Origin: Bacteroidota bacterium
GTDB taxonomy: Bacteria; Bacteroidota; Bacteroidia; Palsa-965
Assembly: GCA_013288325.1 (NCBI GenBank)
Contig: JABDCB010000008.1
Location: 1,620-65,619 of the forward strand
Direction of reading: 5' to 3'
DNA: 64,000 bases
The translations under genes were made by a program, and so were the position numbers. Shown here one piece after another: positions 9,995 through 19,033 of the stretch. Numbering within the stretch: position 1 is the first letter of the stretch; each line of letters opens with the position of its first letter. The notes beneath the pieces are model-generated. The model searched no databases. It was not told where the DNA came from and was given only the letters and a program-made list of their open reading frames with translations.

Positions 9995-10028
9995 GAAAAA
10001 GGGATGAGTTTTCGGTAAAACTCATCCG
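9995..10028 (-). terminator. Rho-independent terminator of ettA
   Basis: Perfect 11-bp stem GGATGAGTTTT (10002-10012) / AAAACTCATCC (10017-10027) with a 4-nt loop. On the minus strand it is followed by CTTTTT. Confidence 0.7.
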
Positions 10029-10063
10029 TTATATGGCGGGTTGATAGAAAAGAAAGGTAAAAA

Positions 10064-11740
10064 TTACACCGTCAGCTTTTTATAACGTACTCTTTTAGGG
10101 TCTGCGCTGCCCAGGCGTTTCTTTTTATTCTCTTCATATTCAGAATAACCGCCTTCAAAATAATAAACGGAGGAGTCTCCTTCAAAAGCCAGGATATGGG
10201 TACATACTCTATCCAGAAACCAGCGATCGTGAGAGATAATAACGGCACATCCGGCAAAGTTTTCAAGCCCTTCTTCCAGAGCGCGGAGGGTATTGATATC
10301 AATATCATTCGTCGGCTCATCCAGCAATAATACGTTGGCTTCCGATTTCAGTGTCATAGCCAGATGCAAACGATTGCGCTCTCCACCTGAAAGCACACCG
10401 CATTTCTTGCCCTGATCCTGTCCGTTAAAATTGAACCGGCCTACATAGGCCCTGGCATTGATGCTCTTGCCTTCCATTTCTATCACTTCATTTCCGCCTG
10501 AAAGCACTTCGTAAACGGTTTTGTTCGGATCAATATCCGTATGTGCCTGATCTACATACCCTATCTTCACGGTAGGTCCCACCTTAAACGTCCCGGTATT
10601 GGGTTGCTCCTGTCCCATAATCATACGGAACAAGGTAGTTTTACCGGCACCGTTAGGTCCTATAATACCTACAATTCCATTGGGAGGAAGTTTGAAATTG
10701 AGGTGTTCATACAACAGACGATCTCCATATCCTTTGGCAACATCAATTACTTCAATAACTTCATTACCCAAACGGGGACCGTTAGGAATAAAGATCTCCA
10801 GGGTCTCCTCTTTTTGTTTTACATCGGCACCGGACATCTTTTCATAGTTCTGCAAACGGGCTTTTTGTTTGGCCTGGCGACCTTTAGCGCCCTGCTTAAC
10901 CCATTCCAGCTCCCGGGCCAGGTATTTCTGGCGTTTACTTTCCGTCTTTTCTTCCTGCTCTAAGCGTTTGCGTTTCTGATCCAGCCAGGATGAATAATTT
11001 CCTTTCCAGGGAATACCTTCTCCACGGTCAAGCTCTAATATCCATCCCGCCACATGATCCAGGAAATATCTGTCGTGGGTGATGGCGATAACGGTTCCTT
11101 TATAGTTCTGTAAATGCTGTTCCAGCCAATCTACGGATTCTGCATCCAGGTGGTTGGTAGGCTCATCCAGGAGTAATATTTCCGGTTCTTGAATAAGCAG
11201 ACGGCAAAGAGCTACGCGGCGGCGTTCACCTCCACTCAGATTCTTCACCGGCACATCAGCTTCGGGGCAACGAAGAGCATCCATGGCTATCTCCAGACGG
11301 TTGTCCAGATTCCACAAATCGTGCTGATCAATCAGCTCGGTAAGCCGGGCCTGACGGTTAACCAGTTTCTCCATCTCCGCATCACTCATCGGTTCGGAGA
11401 ATTTATTATTCACCTCTTCATATTCTTTCAGGATATTCACAAATTCCTGTGCTCCTTCGCGAACTACTTCAATACAGGTTTTGGTGTCATCCATCTTAGG
11501 CTCCTGCTCCAGATAACCTACTGCATAGCCTGGTGAAAAATGGACTTCACCCTGATATGATTTCTCAACACCGGCAATAATCTTAAGCAAGGTGGATTTA
11601 CCGGAACCATTCAGACCGATGATGCCGATCTTGGCTCCGTAATAGAAAGAGAGATAGATATCTTTTAATACCTGTTTGCTGGGAGGAAATGTCTTGCTGA
11701 CATTTACCATTGAAAATATAATCTGACGGCCTTCGGACAT
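10064..11740 (-). CDS. ettA: Energy-dependent translational throttle protein EttA (ABC-F ATPase)
   Basis: Two ABC cassettes (GLNGSGKST/LSGGERRRVAL and GPNGAGKTT/LSGGERNRLHL). There is no transmembrane domain. 558 aa, with an N-terminus typical of EttA. Confidence 0.95.
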   Translation of the reverse strand: MSEGRQIIFSMVNVSKTFPPSKQVLKDIYLSFYYGAKIGIIGLNGSGKSTLLKIIAGVEKSYQGEVHFSPGYAVGYLEQEPKMDDTKTCIEVVREGAQEFVNILKEYEEVNNKFSEPMSDAEMEKLVNRQARLTELIDQHDLWNLDNRLEIAMDALRCPEADVPVKNLSGGERRRVALCRLLIQEPEILLLDEPTNHLDAESVDWLEQHLQNYKGTVIAITHDRYFLDHVAGWILELDRGEGIPWKGNYSSWLDQKRKRLEQEEKTESKRQKYLARELEWVKQGAKGRQAKQKARLQNYEKMSGADVKQKEETLEIFIPNGPRLGNEVIEVIDVAKGYGDRLLYEHLNFKLPPNGIVGIIGPNGAGKTTLFRMIMGQEQPNTGTFKVGPTVKIGYVDQAHTDIDPNKTVYEVLSGGNEVIEMEGKSINARAYVGRFNFNGQDQGKKCGVLSGGERNRLHLAMTLKSEANVLLLDEPTNDIDINTLRALEEGLENFAGCAVIISHDRWFLDRVCTHILAFEGDSSVYYFEGGYSEYEENKKKRLGSADPKRVRYKKLTV

Positions 11741-11744
11741 GGGG

Positions 11745-11814
11745 TGATTTAAGAATTATGATTTATGATGTAAGATTTAAAAATTATGATTTAAGATTTA
11801 TGATTTGAATATTA
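11745..11814. repeat. Ten tandem heptamers, consensus WGATTTA (TAAATCW on the ettA strand)
   Basis: The array reads tgattta|agaatta|tgattta|tgatgta|agattta|aaaatta|tgattta|agattta|tgatttg|aatatta. It ends 4 nt from the ettA ATG. Confidence 0.8.
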
Positions 11815-11944
11815 ATCCCCTAAATCATAAATCCTTCGGGCCTCAAAGTTAATCAAACCGAAGGATACGGGAAATAAACTGGGCTGTATTGAATTAAATT
11901 AGGCGCGTAATTTTCAGAAGCGCTATTCTGATTACATTTGCCCT

Positions 11945-12394
11945 GTGAATCAGCAGGATATAAACATAAAGAACCGGAAAGCAGGGTATGAATATGCATT
12001 TCTCGATAAACTCGTGGCGGGTATAAGTCTGCTGGGAACCGAAATCAAATCCATACGACAAGGAAAAGCCAATATCACCGAAGCCTTTTGTGTGATTGAC
12101 AAGGGAGAGCTGTGGGTACGCAATATGCAGATTGAAGAGTATGAGAAAGCCCGTCATTATAATCATGCTCCAAGACGAGACCGGAAATTACTCCTCCATA
12201 AACATGAAATAAAGAAGCTGTCCAACCAGATGAAGGATCAGGGTCTGGCTATCATCCCTCTGAGACTGTTTCTGAATAAAGAAGGATTGGCCAAAATGGA
12301 AATTGCCCTTGCCAAAGGGAAAAAGCTATACGACAAACGGGAAGATATAAAGAAGAAGGATGTGCAGAGGGAGATGCAGCGGAGGCTCAAATAG
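11945..12394 (+). CDS. smpB: SsrA-binding protein SmpB
   Basis: NRKAGYEYAF...GTEIKSIR core and a basic C-terminal tail. 149 aa. GTG start. Confidence 0.95.
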   Translation: MNQQDINIKNRKAGYEYAFLDKLVAGISLLGTEIKSIRQGKANITEAFCVIDKGELWVRNMQIEEYEKARHYNHAPRRDRKLLLHKHEIKKLSNQMKDQGLAIIPLRLFLNKEGLAKMEIALAKGKKLYDKREDIKKKDVQREMQRRLK

Positions 12395-12512
12395 AAGTCA
12401 GAAGAAAGAATACAGAAGTCAGAAATAAGAGGACGGCAATTATTTGTAATAAAGAAATCCCGGAATCAAGGTTTAAATAACCTCAATTCCGGGATTTGTA
12501 TTCTGACTTCTG
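12392..12512. terminator. Compound nested hairpin: outer AGAAGTCAGAA arms enclosing a perfect 12-bp inner hairpin
   Basis: Left arms are at 12393-12403 and 12414-12424, and the right arm is at 12501-12511. The inner stem is AAATCCCGGAAT (12455-12466) / ATTCCGGGATTT (12486-12497). It lies between convergent smpB and an OMP gene. Confidence 0.6.
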
Positions 12513-12519
12513 TCTTCTC

Positions 12520-13470
12520 TTAGAAGTGCAGTGTCATTTTGATAGAACCAGTACCTGATCCGCTACCGCCGTTGATATCATTATCAAGAGCGATGTTATG
12601 TGAACGACGAACATTGATTGTTTGTGTACCTACAGAAGCAGGTGCTCCACCAACACTTTCGGTAGTGTAGCTTGCATTGCTGGTATACGAGAAACCAAAG
12701 CCGTAACCGTATTCAGCACCGATAGAAATCTTTGGGAAGATAAAGTATTCAGCACCTACAAAGGCACGAACACCGATACCCCATGTCATTCCAAGGCTGG
12801 CATCTTTCAAACGGGCAGTATTACCGTACGTATCATTCACGATATTACCTGTCCATGCTGAATTGATTCCGGAAATCACATTATTCACACCAAAGTTGGT
12901 GGTAGTTGCATTACTAACAACAACCGGTGTTCCTGATGCGGCAAGGGTATTGCCGTAGTCATAATGGTTGCTTTGACCGGAATTCCAGATCCAGGCTTCA
13001 GCACCATAATAACCCTGCAACCTTGTTTTACCTTTACGTTTCTCCATACCTAAGCCTACTCCCACATTGTGTTGTCTGGCTTTGATATCATCTTCTTTCA
13101 TAGTAGGTACATTCGGGAATGTTGGAGGCGTGGTGACGGTTGCGTCAGCAATTTCTCCTACCCGTTTGTTGGAAGCAAAACCAAGACGTACAGAAACACG
13201 GTAAGCCGTTGTAGCATCTTTAAAGTATTTGCCGGTAATCAGCATAGCTCCTGGGTTAACCCAGTTAGCAATTGGTGCTGTGTTAGAGGCAGTAGCGCCG
13301 CTAAACATATTTCCTGCATAATTAAAGAAAGATGTGGCATCAAAACTGATAGCCCAATCTCCCGCTTCCGGAAGGATAGGTTCACCCTTTTTGGATGTCA
13401 GGTCCTGTGCGGATGCAAGGCCGGCACAAAGCCCCATAGTAATAAGAAGTGCTGTTTTTTTCATGTTCAT
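12520..13470 (-). CDS. Outer-membrane beta-barrel protein (porin-like), function unknown
   Basis: Signal peptide ending GLASAQ, alternating hydrophobic beta-strand pattern rich in G/Y/N/T, and a C-terminal aromatic residue (MTLHF). Confidence 0.6.
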   Translation of the reverse strand: MNMKKTALLITMGLCAGLASAQDLTSKKGEPILPEAGDWAISFDATSFFNYAGNMFSGATASNTAPIANWVNPGAMLITGKYFKDATTAYRVSVRLGFASNKRVGEIADATVTTPPTFPNVPTMKEDDIKARQHNVGVGLGMEKRKGKTRLQGYYGAEAWIWNSGQSNHYDYGNTLAASGTPVVVSNATTTNFGVNNVISGINSAWTGNIVNDTYGNTARLKDASLGMTWGIGVRAFVGAEYFIFPKISIGAEYGYGFGFSYTSNASYTTESVGGAPASVGTQTINVRRSHNIALDNDINGGSGSGTGSIKMTLHF

Positions 13471-13610
13471 TGTTTGGGTTTAAGTATACTTATGACTGTA
13501 GTGTGTATTTAACAATAAGTTAACGTTACACGATAACAAAGATACTGCATTTTAAGGGTGGGGGTGGTTATCAACAATCCGGACCTTTTAAACAGATAAT
13601 TGTTCATAAA

Positions 13611-14264
13611 TCAATTCCCTTTTGCCTTATTCTGAAGCATGGGAACAAAGCGAAAGTCTCCGAACTCTTCCTTATGATACTGATTATCACCTATTTTAAC
13701 AAAGGTAGTCATGATTTGCTCCTTGGCTCCCAGGGGGATAACCAGGATTCCCGATAATTTGAGCTGTCCTAAGATCAATTCCGGTAATTCCGGGGCACCA
13801 CAGGTAACAATTATCTTGTCAAATGGAGCAAATGCAGGCAATCCTTTATATCCGTCTCCATAAAACAACTTTGCTTCATAACCTATAGAAGGCAGCAAAA
13901 GCTTCGTTTTATCAAATAAATTCTTCTGTCGTTCTATGGAAAACACCTTAGCCCCCAATTCCAGCAACACAGCAGTTTGGTAACCCGAGCCGGTTCCTAT
14001 TTCCAGAATCTTCTCCCCTTTCTGAACATTCAGCAGGTGCGATTGCAGAGCTACGGTATAAGGATGTGAAATTGTTTGACCATCGCCAATCTGAAAAGCG
14101 ATGTCTTCATAGGCTTTATCTGCAAAGGTTGAATCGAAATGAAACAGATGACGTGGTACCCTGCCAATGGCTGCAAGCACCTCCTCATCGAGGATTCCCT
14201 TCTCCTGCAGACGGGTCAACATCTTTTTTCTTAATCCACGGTGCTTCGGAAGATCTTCCTTCAT
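13611..14264 (-). CDS. pcm: Protein-L-isoaspartate O-methyltransferase
   Basis: ILEIGTGSGYQTAVL is SAM motif I, and QTISHPYTVA is present. The ATG at 14264 gives the usual length of about 217 aa. The longer ORF to 14354 is probably spurious. Confidence 0.9.
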   Translation of the reverse strand: MKEDLPKHRGLRKKMLTRLQEKGILDEEVLAAIGRVPRHLFHFDSTFADKAYEDIAFQIGDGQTISHPYTVALQSHLLNVQKGEKILEIGTGSGYQTAVLLELGAKVFSIERQKNLFDKTKLLLPSIGYEAKLFYGDGYKGLPAFAPFDKIIVTCGAPELPELILGQLKLSGILVIPLGAKEQIMTTFVKIGDNQYHKEEFGDFRFVPMLQNKAKGN

Positions 14265-14361
14265 AATGCTTAAGCTTAACAATACAGTGTTAATATATTG
14301 CGAATGTACTGGGAAACGACGGAGCAATTTGAAATAACTTTGCACAAACATCAACAGAACT

Positions 14362-15366
14362 ATGTTAAAAATAGGAGTCCTTGGAGCGGGTCATTTGGGG
14401 AAGATCCATCTTAAACTCCTGAAAGAATCTAAGAAATTCGAGCTGGTAGGTTTTTATGATTCCGATCCGGAAACAACCCGTAATACAGTAGCAGAGCTTG
14501 GTGTGAAGGCCTTTTCCAGTTATGACGATCTGATGGCCCATGTAGAGGTTGTAGATATCGTTACCCCTACCCTTTATCATTACGAATGCGCCTCCAAAGC
14601 CATTCGGAGATCCAAACATGTTTTTATTGAAAAACCACTCACCCATACTCTGGAAGAAGCCAAATCACTGGTGGCTTTGTCAAGAGAAGCGGATGTTAAA
14701 GTGCAGGTTGGACATGTGGAACGGTATAACCCGGCTTTTGTGGCAGCTAGACCTTATTGTGATCAGCCTATGTTTATTGAATCTCACCGGCTGGCCCAGT
14801 TTAATCCAAGAGGTACTGATGTATCGGTAGTGCTGGATCTGATGATCCATGATATTGACATTATATTGAGTATTGTACGATCGCCCATTAAACGTATCAG
14901 TGCCAGCGGAGTAGCTATCGTGAGTGAAACTCCTGATATAGCTAACGCGCGGATAGAATTTGACAATGGATGTGTAGCGAATCTGACTGCAAGCCGGATT
15001 TCCATGAAAAACATGAGAAAAAGCCGCTTTTTTCAGCGAGATGCCTACATTTCTGTCGATTTTCTTGAAAAACAGGTCAATGTGACCCGTCTTAAATCCC
15101 TGGAAGGGGCCGAAGATCCCTTTGCCGTAACCATTGATCTGGGACCCGGCAAGGCGAAAAAGCAACTTTATTTTGAACACCCTGATATCTCTCCGCTCAA
15201 TGCTATCCAGTGCGAGCTCGACGATTTTGCCGATGCGATCATCGAAGATAAAGTCCCCTCTGTACATATAGAGGATGGGTACAAAGCATTGGAAGTAGCC
15301 TTCAAAATCATCGAAAAGATGAACCAAACTGCCGGTCTTCCGGGGGCAAAAACAATAAATTCCTGA
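14362..15366 (+). CDS. Gfo/Idh/MocA family NAD(P)-dependent oxidoreductase
   Basis: N-terminal Rossmann motif KIGVLGAGHLGKIH, the VFIEKPL (EKP) motif, and 334 aa. Confidence 0.85.
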   Translation: MLKIGVLGAGHLGKIHLKLLKESKKFELVGFYDSDPETTRNTVAELGVKAFSSYDDLMAHVEVVDIVTPTLYHYECASKAIRRSKHVFIEKPLTHTLEEAKSLVALSREADVKVQVGHVERYNPAFVAARPYCDQPMFIESHRLAQFNPRGTDVSVVLDLMIHDIDIILSIVRSPIKRISASGVAIVSETPDIANARIEFDNGCVANLTASRISMKNMRKSRFFQRDAYISVDFLEKQVNVTRLKSLEGAEDPFAVTIDLGPGKAKKQLYFEHPDISPLNAIQCELDDFADAIIEDKVPSVHIEDGYKALEVAFKIIEKMNQTAGLPGAKTINS

Positions 15367-15399
15367 ACCCTTCCGTTTACTATCTTTGCCACAGTCTGA

Positions 15400-16278
15400 A
15401 TGATGAAGCAATCTACTCCTGTTTACCGTATTTTTTCTATTGTGCTATGCCTGGTTATACCATTGGCATTGCTCTTTAATTCGTGTGGCAAACCCGAATT
15501 CATCCCTTCTTATATCCATATTGACTCCGTAGGCCTTCTCAGCCACTATGGTACTGATGGCAGTAACTCTCATTATATTCCGGATGCATGGGTATATGTA
15601 GATGAGCAATTGGTAGGTTGTTTTGAACTTCCGGCAACCATTCCGGTTCCTTACGCCGGCAATCACTCCGTTCAGATACAGGGTGGAATACTCGAAAGCG
15701 GAAGTACGGCAGAGCGTCCGGCTTATCCTTTTTATGCTGCCTGGACTGTTAATGCGAATCTGGTGCAAATGCAAACCTTAAAGCTGAAACCGGTGGTGAG
15801 CTATCTGGCCAGCTGTCATCCATTCGACTGGACTGAAGATTTTGAATCCCCCGGCATCTCACTGGTGTTTGATACCAGTGCTGCAAGCCCTAAAATGCTT
15901 AAGGATACGCTTCATCCTTTTGAAGGACATGCTTCCGGATCGGTATACCTCAGTGCTTCTCAAAGTCATTTTGAAGGTACTACCTCCCTTACCTTTACCG
16001 TGGGAAATTCGGGTCAGGAGCTTTATCTGGAACTCAACTATATGAATACAAATGAGTTTTATGTTGGTATACTGAACACATCCAATTACCAGCAGCTCAC
16101 ATTCGTTACCATTAAACCATCTCCGGTTTGGAAAAAAATGTATGTCCGGCTCACCGATGCACTCACTCAGGCCGGGGTTCTTGTGGGAGGAACGTATCAG
16201 GTATACCTTGGTATGGACAGGGATGTACTGGTAAGCAACCCGCAGTTACATTTGGATAATCTCAAACTCATACACTAG
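15400..16278 (+). CDS. Hypothetical lipoprotein
   Basis: Signal peptide with lipobox LLFNSCGK. I recognise no family. It is tightly packed between the oxidoreductase and the sugar transferase. Confidence 0.6.
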   Translation: MMKQSTPVYRIFSIVLCLVIPLALLFNSCGKPEFIPSYIHIDSVGLLSHYGTDGSNSHYIPDAWVYVDEQLVGCFELPATIPVPYAGNHSVQIQGGILESGSTAERPAYPFYAAWTVNANLVQMQTLKLKPVVSYLASCHPFDWTEDFESPGISLVFDTSAASPKMLKDTLHPFEGHASGSVYLSASQSHFEGTTSLTFTVGNSGQELYLELNYMNTNEFYVGILNTSNYQQLTFVTIKPSPVWKKMYVRLTDALTQAGVLVGGTYQVYLGMDRDVLVSNPQLHLDNLKLIH

Positions 16279-16283
16279 GTTGT

Positions 16284-17705
16284 ATGAATAAAAACCTACA
16301 GGTTCTAAAATATCTCTTTTTTGATGTTGTTGCGGCCATTATGGCCTGGACTTCGTTTTATGGTTTTCGTAAACTATATATCGAATCGGAAAAGTTTGGT
16401 GTGGCTGTACCTATTGAATTTGACCGGAAATTTTTCCTGGGTCTTACAGCCATCACCATTTTCTGGATTTCGCTTTATGTCGTTACCGGTACTTATGCCG
16501 ATATATACCGTAAATCCAGGCTCAAAGAATTAGGGCAAACACTTGTCATCTGCCTGATAGGCGTATTGATGATCTTCTTCTCCCTTCTGCTCAATGATAT
16601 TATTGTTTCCTACAAAACTTATTATGAAAGCATCCTGGTTTTGTTTTGTCTGCAATTTTTCCTCACCTCTTCCTTCCGTCTTATTCTTTCCAGTATAACC
16701 AACCACCGGATTCATTCCAGGCAGATCGGGTTCAATACCATACTGATAGGCAGCAATGAGAATGCGCTTAAACTGTTCAATGAAATGGACAGCCAGAAAA
16801 AATCATGGGGAAACAGATTTGTCGGCTTTGTTCATGTAGATGAGACAAACGGATATTCGGCTCAGCTCCGCGAAAAACTCACCCACCTGGGCGAGATTCA
16901 GGAAGTGAGACAGATTATTGAAAAATATGAAGTGGAAGAAGCGATTATTGCCATTGAATCATCCGAGCATGGAAACATACAAAAGATCGTCAATGAACTC
17001 AGTGATACTTCAGTTATCATCAAGATTATCCCCGATATGTACGACATCTTGTCGGGTCAGGTAAAGATGACTTCCATTTTCGGGGCTCCGCTTATCGAAG
17101 TATCCAAATCCATTATGCCGGCTTGGGAAAGTTCGGCAAAAAGGATGATGGATATTTTTATATCTGTTATAGCCATGCTTGTTGGCTCCCCGATTTATCT
17201 GTTTCTGGCCATAGGTGTCAAGCTATCATCAAAGGGACGTATTATATACAGCCACGAACGAATCGGGATTCATGGCAAACCGTTTTATATCCACAAATTC
17301 CGTTCTATGTATATGGATGCGGAAAAAACGGGACCTGCGCTTTCAAGCCAGCATGATCCGCGTATTACACCATTTGGACGTTTTATGCGCAAAGTAAGGC
17401 TTGATGAACTGCCTCAGTTTTACAATGTGCTGATAGGAGAAATGTCGGTGGTGGGGCCGCGTCCTGAACGTCAGTATTTCATTAATCGTATCCTGGAAAA
17501 AGCTCCTCATTACCGTCATCTGCATAAAGTAAAACCGGGCATCACCTCCTGGGGCCAGGTAAAATACGGTTATGCCGAAAATGTGGATCAGATGATAGAA
17601 CGTCTTAAATACGACCTGCTGTATATTGAGAATATGTCTATTTATGTGGATCTTAAAATCCTGATTTATACTGTCTTGATTGTATTGCAGGGAAGGGGGA
17701 AATAA
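16284..17705 (+). CDS. Polyprenyl-phosphate glycosyl-1-phosphate transferase (WbaP/exopolysaccharide initiating sugar transferase)
   Basis: N-terminal TM helices and a C-terminal bacterial sugar transferase domain (DELPQFYNVLIGEMSVVGPRP, KPGITSWGQVKYGY). Confidence 0.9.
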   Translation: MNKNLQVLKYLFFDVVAAIMAWTSFYGFRKLYIESEKFGVAVPIEFDRKFFLGLTAITIFWISLYVVTGTYADIYRKSRLKELGQTLVICLIGVLMIFFSLLLNDIIVSYKTYYESILVLFCLQFFLTSSFRLILSSITNHRIHSRQIGFNTILIGSNENALKLFNEMDSQKKSWGNRFVGFVHVDETNGYSAQLREKLTHLGEIQEVRQIIEKYEVEEAIIAIESSEHGNIQKIVNELSDTSVIIKIIPDMYDILSGQVKMTSIFGAPLIEVSKSIMPAWESSAKRMMDIFISVIAMLVGSPIYLFLAIGVKLSSKGRIIYSHERIGIHGKPFYIHKFRSMYMDAEKTGPALSSQHDPRITPFGRFMRKVRLDELPQFYNVLIGEMSVVGPRPERQYFINRILEKAPHYRHLHKVKPGITSWGQVKYGYAENVDQMIERLKYDLLYIENMSIYVDLKILIYTVLIVLQGRGK

Positions 17706-17714
17706 TCCTCCCTA

Positions 17715-18782
17715 TTAACGATCTGTTCTTTTAACCTCCACCCTTCTGTTTCTTTTTCTGCCTTCTTCTGTATCATTGTTTCCTTTAGGCTGAGAGCTTC
17801 CATACCCTTTTATACTTAATCGCCGCACCGCGATTCCTTTGGAGACAAGAAAAGAACGGACTATTTCAGCCCTTGCTTTTGAAAGCTGAATATTTTCCTC
17901 TTCGGTACCCTCTTTATCTGTAAACCCCATTATTTCGATGCAAATAGTCGTGTCTTTCCTAAGTACTTGCTCCAATTGATACAGCTCCTTATCTGCTCCA
18001 GGTAATAATATTGCTTTGCCAGGCCCAAAATTCACGTTCCTGAGTTCGAGCGTTTTCGATCTCGGTAGTATTCCAGAAAAGGGAGATGAAATAGGAGTTG
18101 ATAAATCTGTCCTAACCAGGCAAACATCATCTATATAGTAATAGTTGGTATGACGCGGTCGCTTTATTGAGTTAACAGGACAAATTCCCCCGCCGAAAAT
18201 CAGGAAACGTTCTCCTCCTTTTGCAATATAATTTGAGCTTACCTCTATCCAATTTTTCAAATCATAAATTAATTGCCCATCCTTACGTATAAGTTTACCA
18301 GCTGTAGGACAACATTTATCCAATGACCGGGAGTATATCATCTCTTTTGACAGAACAAAGGGTATAAAAGCCAGATCCTCCTTAGGAAATTCAGAGGAAT
18401 CTCCCATGGAAGAAACAAACATATTAAGTCGATAATGCTTACCTTCTTCAAGCGGCTCCTCCAACTTTACTTCCAGGTTTTCGGTTGAACTCAGAAACCC
18501 CGCAAAACCGATTCCTCCGTGTGGGATTTTAGTCCCGAAAGCATTCACCGGCACGGAAGTACTACGCACATCACTATTACATGAATTATACAAGTCAGGG
18601 GTACTTTGAGTTCCCACCGACATCCATCCTTTAGCTTTGCTAATACCACTTGAATCTCTTGAATATTCCAAAGGGCAGGAACGAAGTTCCTCGAATCCTG
18701 GATTGGGAACAAGGTTTTGGGTATGACCATACAAGGATATGAGCAAAAAGAGCCCCAAAACTGCTATTTGTTTAGTTATCAT
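17715..18782 (-). CDS. OmpA family protein
   Basis: Signal peptide. The C-terminal OmpA/MotB peptidoglycan-binding domain reads FGPGKAILL...GFTDKEGTEEENIQLSKARAEIV...NRRVEV. Confidence 0.85.
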   Translation of the reverse strand: MITKQIAVLGLFLLISLYGHTQNLVPNPGFEELRSCPLEYSRDSSGISKAKGWMSVGTQSTPDLYNSCNSDVRSTSVPVNAFGTKIPHGGIGFAGFLSSTENLEVKLEEPLEEGKHYRLNMFVSSMGDSSEFPKEDLAFIPFVLSKEMIYSRSLDKCCPTAGKLIRKDGQLIYDLKNWIEVSSNYIAKGGERFLIFGGGICPVNSIKRPRHTNYYYIDDVCLVRTDLSTPISSPFSGILPRSKTLELRNVNFGPGKAILLPGADKELYQLEQVLRKDTTICIEIMGFTDKEGTEEENIQLSKARAEIVRSFLVSKGIAVRRLSIKGYGSSQPKGNNDTEEGRKRNRRVEVKRTDR

Positions 18783-18881
18783 CCGAAACCTTGATCATGA
18801 GCTTTATAAAATTAAAGAAGTTTTTCATTTATCGAGCTGCCTCATTTATCTGACCCACTCCATTCCTCCTACGTTGGTCTT

Positions 18882-18921
18882 CCCCCTCTCTATTTTCATA
18901 GAGAGGGGGCCAGGGGGTGAG
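18882..18921. repeat. C5/G5 hairpin with a GGGGGCCAGGGGGTGAG tail, resembling one end of the MITE-like elements at 44381 and 55199
   Basis: CCCCCTCTCTA (18882-18892) / TAGAGAGGGGG (18899-18909) form a perfect 11-bp stem, followed by CCAGGGGGTGAG. Confidence 0.5.
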
Positions 18922-18998
18922 TTAAAAACGCGAAATTGCCTTATCCTGAAGCTCCTATATGTTCATTAATTTCCTAAAACTGCAATGTGGTATTTTCG

Positions 18999-19006
18999 TA
19001 CTTTTG
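18999..19006 (+). promoter_or_regulatory. Candidate Bacteroidota -7 box (TAnnTTTG) for the hbd-like gene
   Basis: TACTTTTG lies 28 nt upstream of the ATG at 19034. There is no clear -33 TTG. Confidence 0.3.
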
Positions 19007-19033
19007 ATTCCAGCACCAATAAACTTATTTAGT

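Noticed and set aside
11741-12520. A search for tmRNA (ssrA) or tRNA genes next to smpB, and in all other spacers longer than 100 bp.
   Set aside because: I found no GGTTCGAATCC-type T-arm, no CCA-ending acceptor and no tag-ORF-like segment. The spacers are explained by repeats and hairpins. A covariance-model scan would be needed for certainty.
18739-18969. A 76-aa plus-strand ORF in the OmpA/hbd spacer.
   Set aside because: It reads through the C5/G5 hairpin (ERGPGGE). It overlaps the 5' end of the OmpA-family gene on the opposite strand, and it has no motif support.
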